Shown here: positions 19,257 to 28,841 of the stretch, piece by piece | Layout of the letters: every line of letters starts with the position of its first letter | Position numbering within the stretch: position 1 is the stretch's first letter | Assembly: GCA_900539175.1 (NCBI GenBank) | Contig: UQAW01000003.1 | Location: forward strand, 16,341-80,340 | Reading direction: 5' to 3' | Source: an uncultured Lachnospiraceae bacterium | GTDB lineage: Bacteria; Bacillota; Clostridia; Lachnospirales; Lachnospiraceae | Length of the DNA: 64,000 bases | Notes under the pieces: model-generated | The model's database searches: none | What the model saw: the letters and a program-made list of their open reading frames with translations, nothing else | Told to the model about the DNA's origin: nothing | Made by a program: the position numbers and the translations under genes

Positions 19257-21449
19257 ATGAAAACATTAGTGATCGCAGAGAAGCCATCGGTGGGCAGAGA
19301 CATTGCCCGTGTGCTTCATTGCAGTAAGAAGGGAAACGGTTGCCTGGAAGGAAATCAGTATGTTGTAACCTGGGCACTGGGGCATCTTGTAACGCTGCAG
19401 GACCCGGAAGATTATGATAAAAAATATAAAGAATGGAAGCTGGAAGTGCTTCCGATGATGCCTGAGAAGTTAAAAATTAAAGTCATTCCGCAGACAGGAA
19501 AACAGTACCATGCGGTTTTTGCTTTGCTTTCCAGAAAAGATATCAGTCAGGTAGTCATTGCCACAGACGCGGGAAGGGAGGGTGAATTGGTTGCCCGTTG
19601 GATTCTGGAAAAGGCACATAACCAGAAACCTTGTAAGCGGCTCTGGATTTCTTCTGTGACAGATAAGGCAATCAGAGAAGGATTTGCACATCTGAAAGAT
19701 GCAAAAGAATATGACCATCTGTATCATGCGGCAGTTTCCAGGGCAGAAGCAGATTGGCTGGTCGGAATCAATTGTACCCGTGCCCTGACCTGTAAGTATA
19801 ATGCCCAGCTCTCCTGCGGTCGTGTTCAGACGCCGACACTTGCCATGATTGATAAGCGGGAACAGGAAATCCGTAGTTTTGTACCACAGCCATATTATAC
19901 CATTACAGCTGTGGCGGGCGGTGTCAGTTATACCTGGAAGGATCATAAGAACGGGGGAAGCAGAACATTTTCCAAAGAGCAGGCCGAAGAGATACAAAAA
20001 AAGGGGGCAGAGGGAACACTGGAGGTGACACGGGTAGAAAAGAAAGAGAAGAGAACCTTTGCTCCTCTTTTGTATGATCTGACGGAGCTGCAGCGGGATG
20101 CCAATAAGCGGTTTGGATATTCGGCAAAACAGACGTTGAATATTATGCAGAGATTATATGAGACACATAAAGTGCTGACGTATCCAAGAACAGATTCGCG
20201 GTATCTGACAGCGGATATCATTCCTACGATTAAAGAGCGTTTAGATGCAGTTGCTGTAGGACCTTATAAAGCGGCGGCAGCTAAGGCAAAGCAGAAAAAA
20301 TTGACCGGAAAACTTCCTTTTGTAAATGATGCAAAGGTCTCCGATCATCATGCAATCATTCCGACGGAGCAGTTTGTGCAGCTTACTGCTATGTCTGTGG
20401 AGGAACGCAGAATTTATGATCTGGTAGTACGCAGATTTCTAAGCGTACTTTTTCCGCCCTGTGTCTATGAGGAGACAACTCTTACGGCGAAACTGGCAGA
20501 GGAGACTTATACAGCAAAAGGAAAAAGAATTGTAGAAAACGGATGGAGGGAAGCGTACGAAACCATCGGCGATATCGAGGAGGAAGAGACAGAGGAAGAT
20601 TTAAAAGAACAGACTCTTCCACTTCTGTCACAGGGGCAGAAGTTCAAAAGTCCGAAAGTGATATTACGGGAAGGGAAGACAAAGCCGCCGGCACGCTTTA
20701 CTGAGGCAACACTTCTTTCCGCTATGGAAAATCCGGTCCGTTATATGGAAGCTTCCGACGCCCGGATGGCAAAGACCTTAGGTGAAACCGGAGGACTTGG
20801 AACTGTGGCGACCCGCGCAGATATTATAGAGAAATTATTTAACAGTTTTCTGATGGAGAAAAAAGGAAATGAAATCCTGCTCACAAGTAAAGCGAAACAG
20901 CTGTTGAAACTGGTTCCCTCCGATCTGAAAAAACCGGAACTTACAGCGACCTGGGAGATGAAGCTTTCTGATATTGCAAAAGGAAAACTTCCCAGTCGGA
21001 AATTTATGACGGAGATTCGGACCTATACACAGGAACTGGTACAGGAGATCAAGACAGAGGAAGGAACCTTCCGTCATGAGAATCTGACCAATAAGAAGTG
21101 TCCTGACTGCGGGAAACGTCTGCTGGCTGTCAATGGAAAGAATGCAAAACTGCTGGTCTGCCAGGACAGAGCGTGCGGTTATCGTGAAACCATCTCCCGT
21201 ACTACGAATGCCCGCTGTCCGGTCTGCCACAAGCGGATGGAACTGTTTGGCAAAGGAGAGGAGGCCACCTTTATCTGTTCCTGCGGTCACAAGGAGCGGA
21301 TGAACAAATTCGAAGAACGCCGCAGGAAAGAGGGCGGCGGAGTATCCAAAAAAGATGTGGTAGCCTATATGGCAAAACAGAAAAAAGAAGCAGCGGAACC
21401 TGTCAACAATGCATTTGCGGCTGCCCTGAAAGGAATCAAACTGAATTGA
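19257..21449 (+). CDS. topB: DNA topoisomerase III (type IA) with C-terminal zinc ribbons
   Basis: MKTLVIAEKPSVGRDIA marks the Toprim domain. The active-site region is present, and the C-terminus carries the zinc ribbons CPDCGKRL and CPVCHKRM. Confidence 0.88.
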   Translation: MKTLVIAEKPSVGRDIARVLHCSKKGNGCLEGNQYVVTWALGHLVTLQDPEDYDKKYKEWKLEVLPMMPEKLKIKVIPQTGKQYHAVFALLSRKDISQVVIATDAGREGELVARWILEKAHNQKPCKRLWISSVTDKAIREGFAHLKDAKEYDHLYHAAVSRAEADWLVGINCTRALTCKYNAQLSCGRVQTPTLAMIDKREQEIRSFVPQPYYTITAVAGGVSYTWKDHKNGGSRTFSKEQAEEIQKKGAEGTLEVTRVEKKEKRTFAPLLYDLTELQRDANKRFGYSAKQTLNIMQRLYETHKVLTYPRTDSRYLTADIIPTIKERLDAVAVGPYKAAAAKAKQKKLTGKLPFVNDAKVSDHHAIIPTEQFVQLTAMSVEERRIYDLVVRRFLSVLFPPCVYEETTLTAKLAEETYTAKGKRIVENGWREAYETIGDIEEEETEEDLKEQTLPLLSQGQKFKSPKVILREGKTKPPARFTEATLLSAMENPVRYMEASDARMAKTLGETGGLGTVATRADIIEKLFNSFLMEKKGNEILLTSKAKQLLKLVPSDLKKPELTATWEMKLSDIAKGKLPSRKFMTEIRTYTQELVQEIKTEEGTFRHENLTNKKCPDCGKRLLAVNGKNAKLLVCQDRACGYRETISRTTNARCPVCHKRMELFGKGEEATFICSCGHKERMNKFEERRRKEGGGVSKKDVVAYMAKQKKEAAEPVNNAFAAALKGIKLN

Positions 21450-22009
21450 AAAATTATCAGATCACACAGTGGTGCCATCACTTTATAAGAGAGCAGGTAC
21501 AACCCGGAGATTTCTGCATTGATGCCACCATGGGAAACGGCAACGACACTCAGCTGCTCAGCCAACTTGCAGGTCCAAAAGGAAAAGTAATTGCCTTTGA
21601 CATTCAATCCCAGGCGCTTACAAAAACAAAAGAACGCCTGGAACGTGTCAAGGCCCCTGAAAATTACCAGCTCTATCTGGAGTCCCACACACACATGGCA
21701 GACTACGCTGCCCCCGGAACGGTTAGCTGCATTACCTTCAACTTTGGTTACCTCCCCGGCGGTGACCACACCATGTGTACTCAGGCCGAAACAAGCATCA
21801 CCGCTATCAAAACAGGACTGAATCTTCTGAAAAAAGGAGGAATCCTCTCCCTATGCATCTACAGCGGCGGTGATACCGGTTTTGAAGAACGTGATGCCAT
21901 CCTCTCTTACCTGAAAACCCTGGACAGCCAAAACTATCTGGTCATCCAATCTGAATACCTGAACCGTCCCAACAACCCACCCATCCCAGCCCTGGTAATT
22001 CGGTTATAG
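21446..22009 (+). CDS. class I SAM-dependent methyltransferase, YtqB/MnmM-like (putative tRNA mnm5s2U methyltransferase)
   Basis: The SAM motif DATMGNGNDTQ is present. The protein is about 190 aa. It uses a TTG start that overlaps the topB stop codon. Confidence 0.55.
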   Translation: MKNYQITQWCHHFIREQVQPGDFCIDATMGNGNDTQLLSQLAGPKGKVIAFDIQSQALTKTKERLERVKAPENYQLYLESHTHMADYAAPGTVSCITFNFGYLPGGDHTMCTQAETSITAIKTGLNLLKKGGILSLCIYSGGDTGFEERDAILSYLKTLDSQNYLVIQSEYLNRPNNPPIPALVIRL

Positions 22010-22120
22010 GATGAAAGATAGCATGATTTAAAGATTAGTTATTAATTTATAAATTTTGCCGAGTGTACTGACATTTGGTGAAATATGAACATGTCACTAC
22101 ACGAGTACCAGCAGCAGGGA

Positions 22121-22362
22121 GCTGGTTTTGACATCCCGGATTTCTGGTATCTGCAGATCTGTTACAAGTTCTTAAACGAAAGCGGCACGGTTTTTACAGA
22201 CAACATCTGGTGTACCACGCCAGATGTTGAAGGGCACTGAGCCGGAAAAACATCAGTTTTTCCAGCGAATTGCCCTGGTTCTGTAAAAATTGTGCTGCTT
22301 TCGTTTTTAGAACTTGTTAAGGTCGAAGCCAACACAGAAATCCGGGATGTCAAAACCTGTTC
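22121..22362. repeat. nested long inverted-repeat structure in the asnA 5' region
   Basis: The outer 23-bp perfect inverted repeat is 22124-22146 paired with 22335-22357. An inner imperfect arm pair of about 38 bp (22162-22200 with 22280-22319) and two central hairpins (22201-22229 and 22244-22263) lie inside it. Confidence 0.55.
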
Positions 22363-22481
22363 CTTGCTGCGTCCGTTATACTGCATTCATTTTGCAACTT
22401 TCACTTGATTTTCTGGAAAATCATGATAAACTCTAGTAGTGAGAAAGATTCAGCAAATCAGATATAGAAGAGGGAATTAAG

Positions 22482-23492
22482 ATGGGAGAAATTATGATTC
22501 CGCAGGGATATGCTTCTGCATTGAACCTGCACGAAACCCAAGTAGCGATTAAGACGGTCAAAGACTTTTTCCAACAGGAACTTGTAAAGCGTCTGAATCT
22601 GCTCCGTGTGACTGCACCGCTGTTTGTCCGCCCGGAGACGGGATTAAACGACAATCTGAACGGCGTGGAGCGTCCAGTTGCATTCGAAATCAAAGATCCT
22701 GATCATACCACTGCAGAGATCGTACATTCGCTTGCAAAGTGGAAGCGGTTTGCACTTCAGAAATACGGTTTTTCAGCAGGTGAAGGCCTTTATACCGATA
22801 TGAATGCGATTCGCCGGGATGAGGACACAGACAATATTCATTCTATTTATGTAGATCAGTGGGACTGGGAGAAAATTATTACTCCGGAAGAACGGTGCGA
22901 AGAAACTCTGCGTGAAACTGTGAGGGCTATTTACAAGGCATTGAAACATACGGAAAAGTATATGGCTATTCAGTATGAATACATTCATGAGATTCTGCCA
23001 AAGGAGATTTTCTTTGTCACAACTCAGGAATTAGAGGATATGTATCCTGAGCTTTCCCCGAAGGAGCGGGAATACGAGCTTGTTAAGGAAAAAGGTGCAA
23101 TCTTTCTGATGCAGATTGGTGATAAACTGGCTTCCGGAAAACCCCATGATGGTCGTGCTCCGGATTATGATGATTGGAAATTAAATGGAGATATCATTGT
23201 ATACTATCCGGTTTTAGATATTGCTTTGGAACTTTCCTCCATGGGTATTCGGGTGGATGCCGAGGCTTTGAAAGAGCAGCTTGCAAAGAGCAACTGCGAG
23301 GAGCGGGCAGAACTGCCATTTCAGAAAGCCGTTTTGGATGGGACACTTCCGCTGACAATCGGCGGTGGAATCGGTCAATCCAGAATCTGCATGTTTTTCC
23401 TGAGAAAAGCTCATATTGGGGAGGTACAGTGTTCGATCTGGCCGAAGGAAGCCCTTGAAGTCACTGATGCCTGTGGTATACAGCTTTTGTAA
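22482..23492 (+). CDS. asnA: aspartate--ammonia ligase (asparagine synthetase A)
   Basis: The sequence has AsnA family architecture (class II aaRS-like) and is about 330 aa long. Confidence 0.85.
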   Translation: MGEIMIPQGYASALNLHETQVAIKTVKDFFQQELVKRLNLLRVTAPLFVRPETGLNDNLNGVERPVAFEIKDPDHTTAEIVHSLAKWKRFALQKYGFSAGEGLYTDMNAIRRDEDTDNIHSIYVDQWDWEKIITPEERCEETLRETVRAIYKALKHTEKYMAIQYEYIHEILPKEIFFVTTQELEDMYPELSPKEREYELVKEKGAIFLMQIGDKLASGKPHDGRAPDYDDWKLNGDIIVYYPVLDIALELSSMGIRVDAEALKEQLAKSNCEERAELPFQKAVLDGTLPLTIGGGIGQSRICMFFLRKAHIGEVQCSIWPKEALEVTDACGIQLL

Positions 23493-23563
23493 GGGATGAA
23501 AGTATTGTTGACAACTGACTTTCCTATATGGTGATGTCTGCGCCAGCAGATAGGTCTGTTTAG

Positions 23564-23614
23564 AGAGATTATTGTTTGGCAGGAAGGTCTGCCGCAATAA
23601 TCTCTTTTGCATTT
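23564..23614 (+). terminator. rho-independent terminator after asnA
   Basis: An 11-bp stem (agagattattg / caataatctct) with an inner ggcag/ctgcc pair is followed by a T-tract. Confidence 0.5.
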
Positions 23615-23672
23615 TGGAAGCAGAAAGAAGAGCTCAAATTGTTTTGTTTTGCAGAAAAGCCAAAAATTATCG

Positions 23673-23701
23673 TTGACAGAAAGAAAAAAACAAAGTAATA
23701 T
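23673..23701 (+). promoter_or_regulatory. candidate promoter TTGACA-17-TAATAT for citrate synthase
   Basis: The motif was read from the sequence. Confidence 0.4.
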
Positions 23702-23778
23702 AGTAAAAAATCATTTACTTTAACAATTTACAATAGTGATGCGATTGTATACGATAATACAAAAAGGAGGAGATAAGG

Positions 23779-25146
23779 ATGACAATGTCTTCGAACAAGC
23801 TGGAGGAGAAGCTGAATCAGTTAGTTGAGTTCAGTAAGAACTCCGGTCAGATTGATTTAACACTGTATACAGAGTATGATGTGAAACGTGGACTTCGCGA
23901 TTCTACAGGAAAGGGTGTACTGACCGGATTGACTGAAATTTCAGATGTGGTGTCTTTTAAGTATGATGAATTCGGGCGTAAGGTGCCGGATGACGGACAT
24001 CTGTATTATCAGGGTTACGATGTTGAAAAGTTAATACAAGGGTTCGAAAACAGACGTTTCGGGTTTGAGGAGATTACTTATCTTCTGATGTTTGGAGAGT
24101 TACCTTCAAAAGTACAGTTGGATGATTTTGTAGAAATCTTAAGTTATTACCGGGATCTGCCGGATACGTTCGTGCGCGATGTCATTATGAAGGCTACGAG
24201 CAAGAATATGATGAATTCTCTTCAGAAAGGTGTTTTGACGCTGTATTCTTACGATGAAGATCCGGACAATATTACAATTCCGAATGTATTGAAACAGGAA
24301 TTGAGTCTGATTGCCAAGTTCCCGTTGATTGCAGTATATAGTTACCATGCATATCGTCATTATCATCTGAATAAGAATCTGGTGATCCGGAATCCGAGAC
24401 CGGAACTTTCTTTTGCAGAAAATATTCTGCAGATGCTGCATCCGGACGGCAGTTATACGGAACTGGAGGCGAAGGTACTGGATGTTGCGCTTGTTCTTCA
24501 TGCGGAGCACGGCGGCGGTAATAACTCTACATTTACCACCCATGTTGTATCTTCCTCCGGGACAGATACTTATTCGGCAGTAGCGGCATCTCTCGGTTCA
24601 TTGAAAGGACCGAAGCACGGAGGTGCCAATTTGAAGGTTCAGGAGATGTTTGAGGACATCAAAGAGCATATTACGGATTGGAACGATGAGGATGCTTTGA
24701 GGGAGTATCTGAATAAGATTTTGGACAGAGAGGCATTTGACCATGCTGGTTTGATTTATGGAATGGGTCATGCGGTTTATACGAATTCCGATCCCAGAGC
24801 AGTGATATTGAAAACATATGCAAAAGCACTTTCGAAAGAAAAGCAAAAAGAGAAAGAATTTGCGTTGTATGAGACGGTGGAACGGATTGCAGGTGAATGT
24901 ATTGCCAGAAAACGAAGACTTTTGAAACCTGTCTGTGCAAATGTGGATTTCTTCAGCGGCTTTGTATATACGATGCTGGGACTGCCGAAAGAATTATATA
25001 CTCCGATTTTTGCCATTGCCCGTATTTCGGGATGGTCGGCTCATCGAATTGAAGAATTGGTAAATGCAGGAAAGATTATCCGTCCAGCATATAAGTATGT
25101 AGGACACCATAAAGATTATACGGAATTAGAAGATAGAAATTGGTAA
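23779..25146 (+). CDS. citrate synthase (Si-type, homodimeric family)
   Basis: The family signature GYGHAVYTNSDPRA is present. An AAAGGAGGAG ribosome-binding site precedes it. Confidence 0.88.
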   Translation: MTMSSNKLEEKLNQLVEFSKNSGQIDLTLYTEYDVKRGLRDSTGKGVLTGLTEISDVVSFKYDEFGRKVPDDGHLYYQGYDVEKLIQGFENRRFGFEEITYLLMFGELPSKVQLDDFVEILSYYRDLPDTFVRDVIMKATSKNMMNSLQKGVLTLYSYDEDPDNITIPNVLKQELSLIAKFPLIAVYSYHAYRHYHLNKNLVIRNPRPELSFAENILQMLHPDGSYTELEAKVLDVALVLHAEHGGGNNSTFTTHVVSSSGTDTYSAVAASLGSLKGPKHGGANLKVQEMFEDIKEHITDWNDEDALREYLNKILDREAFDHAGLIYGMGHAVYTNSDPRAVILKTYAKALSKEKQKEKEFALYETVERIAGECIARKRRLLKPVCANVDFFSGFVYTMLGLPKELYTPIFAIARISGWSAHRIEELVNAGKIIRPAYKYVGHHKDYTELEDRNW

Positions 25147-25289
25147 TAATGAATCAATAGAAGGTAATGTTCCTATTGATTGGTTATGAAGACGGATGAC
25201 AGACTGGCAGCATGCAGTGTGTCTGTCGAAGGGAAAGAGCATGTGTGGAAAATAGGCGGCGCCTGTTTTTCTCATATGCTTTTTGCGTT

Positions 25290-25400
25290 TTGAAGTAGCC
25301 CGAACAGGGCGGATTTCAAATGTTCTTAGGATTGCGGGAGCATGAAATGCGGAGCAATCCGTGTATCATAGTGGTCAAAATACCTTTTGACCCCAACATC
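25290..25400 (+). repeat. intergenic repeat element, copy B (left part missing)
   Basis: It has the gtagcccgaacagggcggatttcaaatgttcttaggattgcgggagcatgaaatgcggagcaatccgtgtatcata core. The terminal hairpin is ggtcaaaataccttttgacc. Confidence 0.55.
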
Positions 25401-25542
25401 ATTTATAGTGTTCCGGCAAAAAAAATGAGAGATTATGAATGAGAATAAACGAATATAAATAAAATAGACAAAAAGAAATAAAAACAATCAAATTTGTGCA
25501 AATTAAACCAAAATAATTCACTATATTTGTGAATTAAATTGA

Positions 25543-25571
25543 TTGAAAATGAATGAATTTGGCTGTATAAT
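25543..25571 (+). promoter_or_regulatory. candidate promoter TTGAAA-17-TATAAT for the fru operon
   Basis: The motif was read from the sequence. Two direct repeats of ATTTGTG-N-ATTAAA (25492-25509 and 25525-25541) lie just upstream and could be operators. Confidence 0.4.
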
Positions 25572-25628
25572 AAGACCAACAGTTGAGAACAAAACGAAAC
25601 TATGAAAAATCAGTCAGGAGGAGAGCAC

Positions 25629-26534
25629 ATGATTTACACGGTTACATTTAATCCATCCTTGGATTACATCGTATCCGTTGATGCATTTCAGCTTGGATTT
25701 ACCAACCGCACCAGTTCAGAACTAATTCTTCCGGGGGGAAAGGGAATCAACGTTTCTACGGTTTTGAAGAACCTTGGAATCGAAAGTACGGCGCTTGGAT
25801 TTACCGCTGGATTTACCGGAGATGAGATCCGTAGAGAGGTAGAGCGAATGGGTGTGAGAGCGGAATTTATTCGGATTGAAGAAGGAATTTCAAGAATCAA
25901 TCTGAAGTTGAAATCGATCGACGGTACGGAGATTAACGGATGCGGACCGGTTATTGGTCCGGGAAAAGTGAAAGATCTGATGAAAAGACTGGATGCCTTG
26001 CAGAAGGGGGATGTTTTGATTCTGGCAGGCAGTATCCCGGCTTCGCTTCCGGATGATATCTATCGGGATATCATGAAAAGACTGGAGGGAAGGGAAGTGA
26101 TGATCGTGGTGGATGCCACGAAGGATCTATTGTTGAACGTTCTGGAATATCATCCATTTTTGATCAAACCCAATAATCATGAACTGGGAGAAATCTTCGG
26201 GGTGGAATTGAGAAGCCGGCAGGAGGTGTTCCCCTATGCGCAGAAACTTCAGGAGATGGGTGCCAGGAATGTACTGGTTTCTATGGCAGGAGAGGGGGCG
26301 GTTCTGGCAGCGGAAGACGGATGTATGTTTGAGGCTCCGGCTCCCAAAGGAAAATTGATCAATGCAGTTGGTTCCGGGGATTCCATGGTGGCAGGCTTCA
26401 TTGCAGGCTGGATAGAACAGAAAGATTACGGTCATGCCTTTAAGATGGGAATCGCCGCAGGAAGTGCCAGTGCTTTTTCGGAGTACCTGGCAACACAGGA
26501 AGAGATTGAAACGATCTATCATAAAATTGTATAG
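25629..26534 (+). CDS. fruK: 1-phosphofructokinase
   Basis: This is a PfkB-family sugar kinase (MIYTVTFNPSLDY...) in a fructose PTS context. AGGAGGA lies upstream of the ATG at 25629. Confidence 0.85.
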   Translation: MIYTVTFNPSLDYIVSVDAFQLGFTNRTSSELILPGGKGINVSTVLKNLGIESTALGFTAGFTGDEIRREVERMGVRAEFIRIEEGISRINLKLKSIDGTEINGCGPVIGPGKVKDLMKRLDALQKGDVLILAGSIPASLPDDIYRDIMKRLEGREVMIVVDATKDLLLNVLEYHPFLIKPNNHELGEIFGVELRSRQEVFPYAQKLQEMGARNVLVSMAGEGAVLAAEDGCMFEAPAPKGKLINAVGSGDSMVAGFIAGWIEQKDYGHAFKMGIAAGSASAFSEYLATQEEIETIYHKIV

Positions 26535-26548
26535 AAGGGAAGTGCGGT

Positions 26549-28462
26549 ATGAGAATTACGGATTTGCTGGATAGACGGAGCATCTGTCTGGATGCTGCTC
26601 CGAAATCAAAAAGTGAGGCGCTTGATCAGGTTATTCATCTGATGGTCAAAAGCGGAAAGATTAATGATGAGGAGGCATACCGGAAACAGGTTTATGCAAG
26701 GGAAGAAGAAAGTACCACCGGTATCGGGGAGGGCCTTGCCATTCCCCATGGGAAATGCAATGCGGTAGACAGACCTGGTCTTGCTGCTATGGTGGTGAAA
26801 GACGGCGTTGATTTTGATGCACTGGACGGAGAACCTGTTACATTGATTTTCCTGATTGCAGCACCAAATACAAAGGATAACATTCATCTTGATGTTTTAA
26901 GTAAGCTGTCTGTCCTGATGATGGATGAAGAGTTTTCGAAAAATCTGAGAAATGCACGGACCGTAGAGGAATTCCTGGAGATCATTGATGATGCGGATCA
27001 TGAGAAGGCAGATATTGATGAGCGGTTGGCAGATACCGGGGAAGCTAAGGCAGGACAGATCAGGATTTTGGCGGTTACCTCCTGCCCGACAGGAATTGCA
27101 CATACGTATATGGCGGCAGAAGGAATTGAGAAGGCGGCAAAGGCAAGGGACTGTTTTATCAAGGTGGAGACCAGAGGTTCCGGAGGTGCAAAAAATGTAT
27201 TGAGCGGAAAGGAAATTGAAGATGCGGATTGTATTATCGTAGCAGCGGATGCCAAGGTGCCGATGGAGCGGTTTGACGGAAAGAAAGTGATTGAATGTCC
27301 GGTGTCCGATGGAATCAGTAAAGCGGATAAGCTGTTAGAACAGGCGATTGCCGGTACCGTGCCCATATACCATGCAGGCAGTACGGCAAAAACATCTGCT
27401 TCTTCTACCCAAAAAAGCGGAGGAATCGCTCATCAGGTTTATACGCAGTTGATGAACGGAGTGTCTCATATGCTTCCGTTTGTCGTGGGCGGCGGTATTT
27501 TGATTGCGATTGCATTCCTGATTGACGGTCTGAGCGTAGATATCAATACACTTCCGGTAGAGGAGAGAGTTGCTTTTGGTACAATTACCCCGGCGGCAGC
27601 ATTGTTCAAGGGAATCGGCGGAACCGCATTTGGCTTTATGCTTCCGGTGCTGGCGGGATTTATTGCTATGGCAATCGGTGACCGACCGGCGCTTGCAGTA
27701 GGCTTTGTCGGCGGAATGATGGCATCTCAGGGAAAATCAGGATTCCTTGGTGCATTGGTTGCAGGTTTTGCAGCAGGATATCTGATTCTCGGTCTGAGGA
27801 AATTGTGTGAGAAGCTTCCGCAGGCGCTTGAGAAGATTGCTCCGGTATTGATTTATCCGGTAGTTGGAATCTTGTTAATGGGAATTTTTATGAATTATGC
27901 AGTGGAACCGGTCATGGGCGGCATTAATACAGCCCTGAACAACGGATTGACGGGTATGAGCGGTTCCAGCAAAATAGTTCTGGGTACAATTCTGGGAGCA
28001 ATGATGGCCATTGATATGGGTGGTCCGTTTAATAAAGCGGCATATGTATTCGGAACTGCGTCCATTGCAGCGGGAAATTATGAGATTATGGCGGCAGTTA
28101 TGATCGGTGGTATGACTCCGCCTTGTGCAATCGCGCTTGCGACCTTGCTTTTCAAGGATAAGTTTACAAAAGAGGAACGGGAAAATGGTCCCATGAACTT
28201 CATCATGGGATTGGCATTTATCACAGAAGGGGCGATTCCATATGCAGCTTCGGATCCGCTTCGGGTACTTCCGGCATGTATGATTGGTTCCGGAGTGGCA
28301 GGTGCGCTGTCCATGCTGTTCAACTGTTCCTTGATGGCGCCACACGGTGGAATTTTCGTATTTCCGGTTGTCGGAAATGCATTGATGTACCTGGTGGCTT
28401 TGGTGGCAGGAACTTTCGTATCGACAGCATTGTTGGGCGCTCTCAAGAAAAAAATTGTGTGA
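26549..28462 (+). CDS. fruA: PTS fructose transporter subunit IIABC
   Basis: The IIA domain has the active-site region GIAIPHG. The IIB motif is TSCPTGIAHTYMAAE. A multi-TM IIC domain follows. Confidence 0.9.
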   Translation: MRITDLLDRRSICLDAAPKSKSEALDQVIHLMVKSGKINDEEAYRKQVYAREEESTTGIGEGLAIPHGKCNAVDRPGLAAMVVKDGVDFDALDGEPVTLIFLIAAPNTKDNIHLDVLSKLSVLMMDEEFSKNLRNARTVEEFLEIIDDADHEKADIDERLADTGEAKAGQIRILAVTSCPTGIAHTYMAAEGIEKAAKARDCFIKVETRGSGGAKNVLSGKEIEDADCIIVAADAKVPMERFDGKKVIECPVSDGISKADKLLEQAIAGTVPIYHAGSTAKTSASSTQKSGGIAHQVYTQLMNGVSHMLPFVVGGGILIAIAFLIDGLSVDINTLPVEERVAFGTITPAAALFKGIGGTAFGFMLPVLAGFIAMAIGDRPALAVGFVGGMMASQGKSGFLGALVAGFAAGYLILGLRKLCEKLPQALEKIAPVLIYPVVGILLMGIFMNYAVEPVMGGINTALNNGLTGMSGSSKIVLGTILGAMMAIDMGGPFNKAAYVFGTASIAAGNYEIMAAVMIGGMTPPCAIALATLLFKDKFTKEERENGPMNFIMGLAFITEGAIPYAASDPLRVLPACMIGSGVAGALSMLFNCSLMAPHGGIFVFPVVGNALMYLVALVAGTFVSTALLGALKKKIV

Positions 28463-28491
28463 TTAAAATAATAAAAAAGGAGAATTGTATC

Positions 28492-28749
28492 ATGAAAGAA
28501 TTCAAGTATGTAATCACAGACGCAGAAGGAATCCATGCACGTCCGGCAGGGTTGCTTGTAAAAGAGGCAAGCAAATTTAAAAGTGCGATCAAACTGGTAA
28601 AGGACGGAAAATCCGGTGATTGTAAGCGGATTTTCGGAGTTATGGGACTGGCAGTGAAGGCAGGACAGGAAGTGACTCTTACGTTTGAAGGAGAAGACGA
28701 AGAGGAGGCTTTTGAGGCAATCAGCAGATTTATGAAAGAAACTCTTTAA
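28492..28749 (+). CDS. ptsH: phosphocarrier protein HPr
   Basis: MKEFKYVITDAEGIHARPAG contains the His15 region. The protein is 85 aa. An AAAGGAG ribosome-binding site precedes it. Confidence 0.9.
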   Translation: MKEFKYVITDAEGIHARPAGLLVKEASKFKSAIKLVKDGKSGDCKRIFGVMGLAVKAGQEVTLTFEGEDEEEAFEAISRFMKETL

Positions 28750-28841
28750 AAGTTATGAAGAAGTAAGCGATTGCAGAACTCTTACAATATCAATTTAGCG
28801 TTTCGCAATCGCCTGTGAGGAAGCTTTGAGAGGAGAAGGAT

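Noticed and set aside
22190-22240. T-box-like GGTGTACCACG upstream of asnA
   Set aside because: It resembles the T-box core, but it is missing a G, has a substitution, and lacks the stem I / specifier architecture. The region is better explained as nested inverted repeats.
28276-28491. Long N-terminal extension of the HPr ORF in the track
   Set aside because: The true start is the ATG at 28492, which has an AAAGGAG ribosome-binding site and the canonical HPr N-terminus. The upstream part overlaps the fruA 3' end in another frame.
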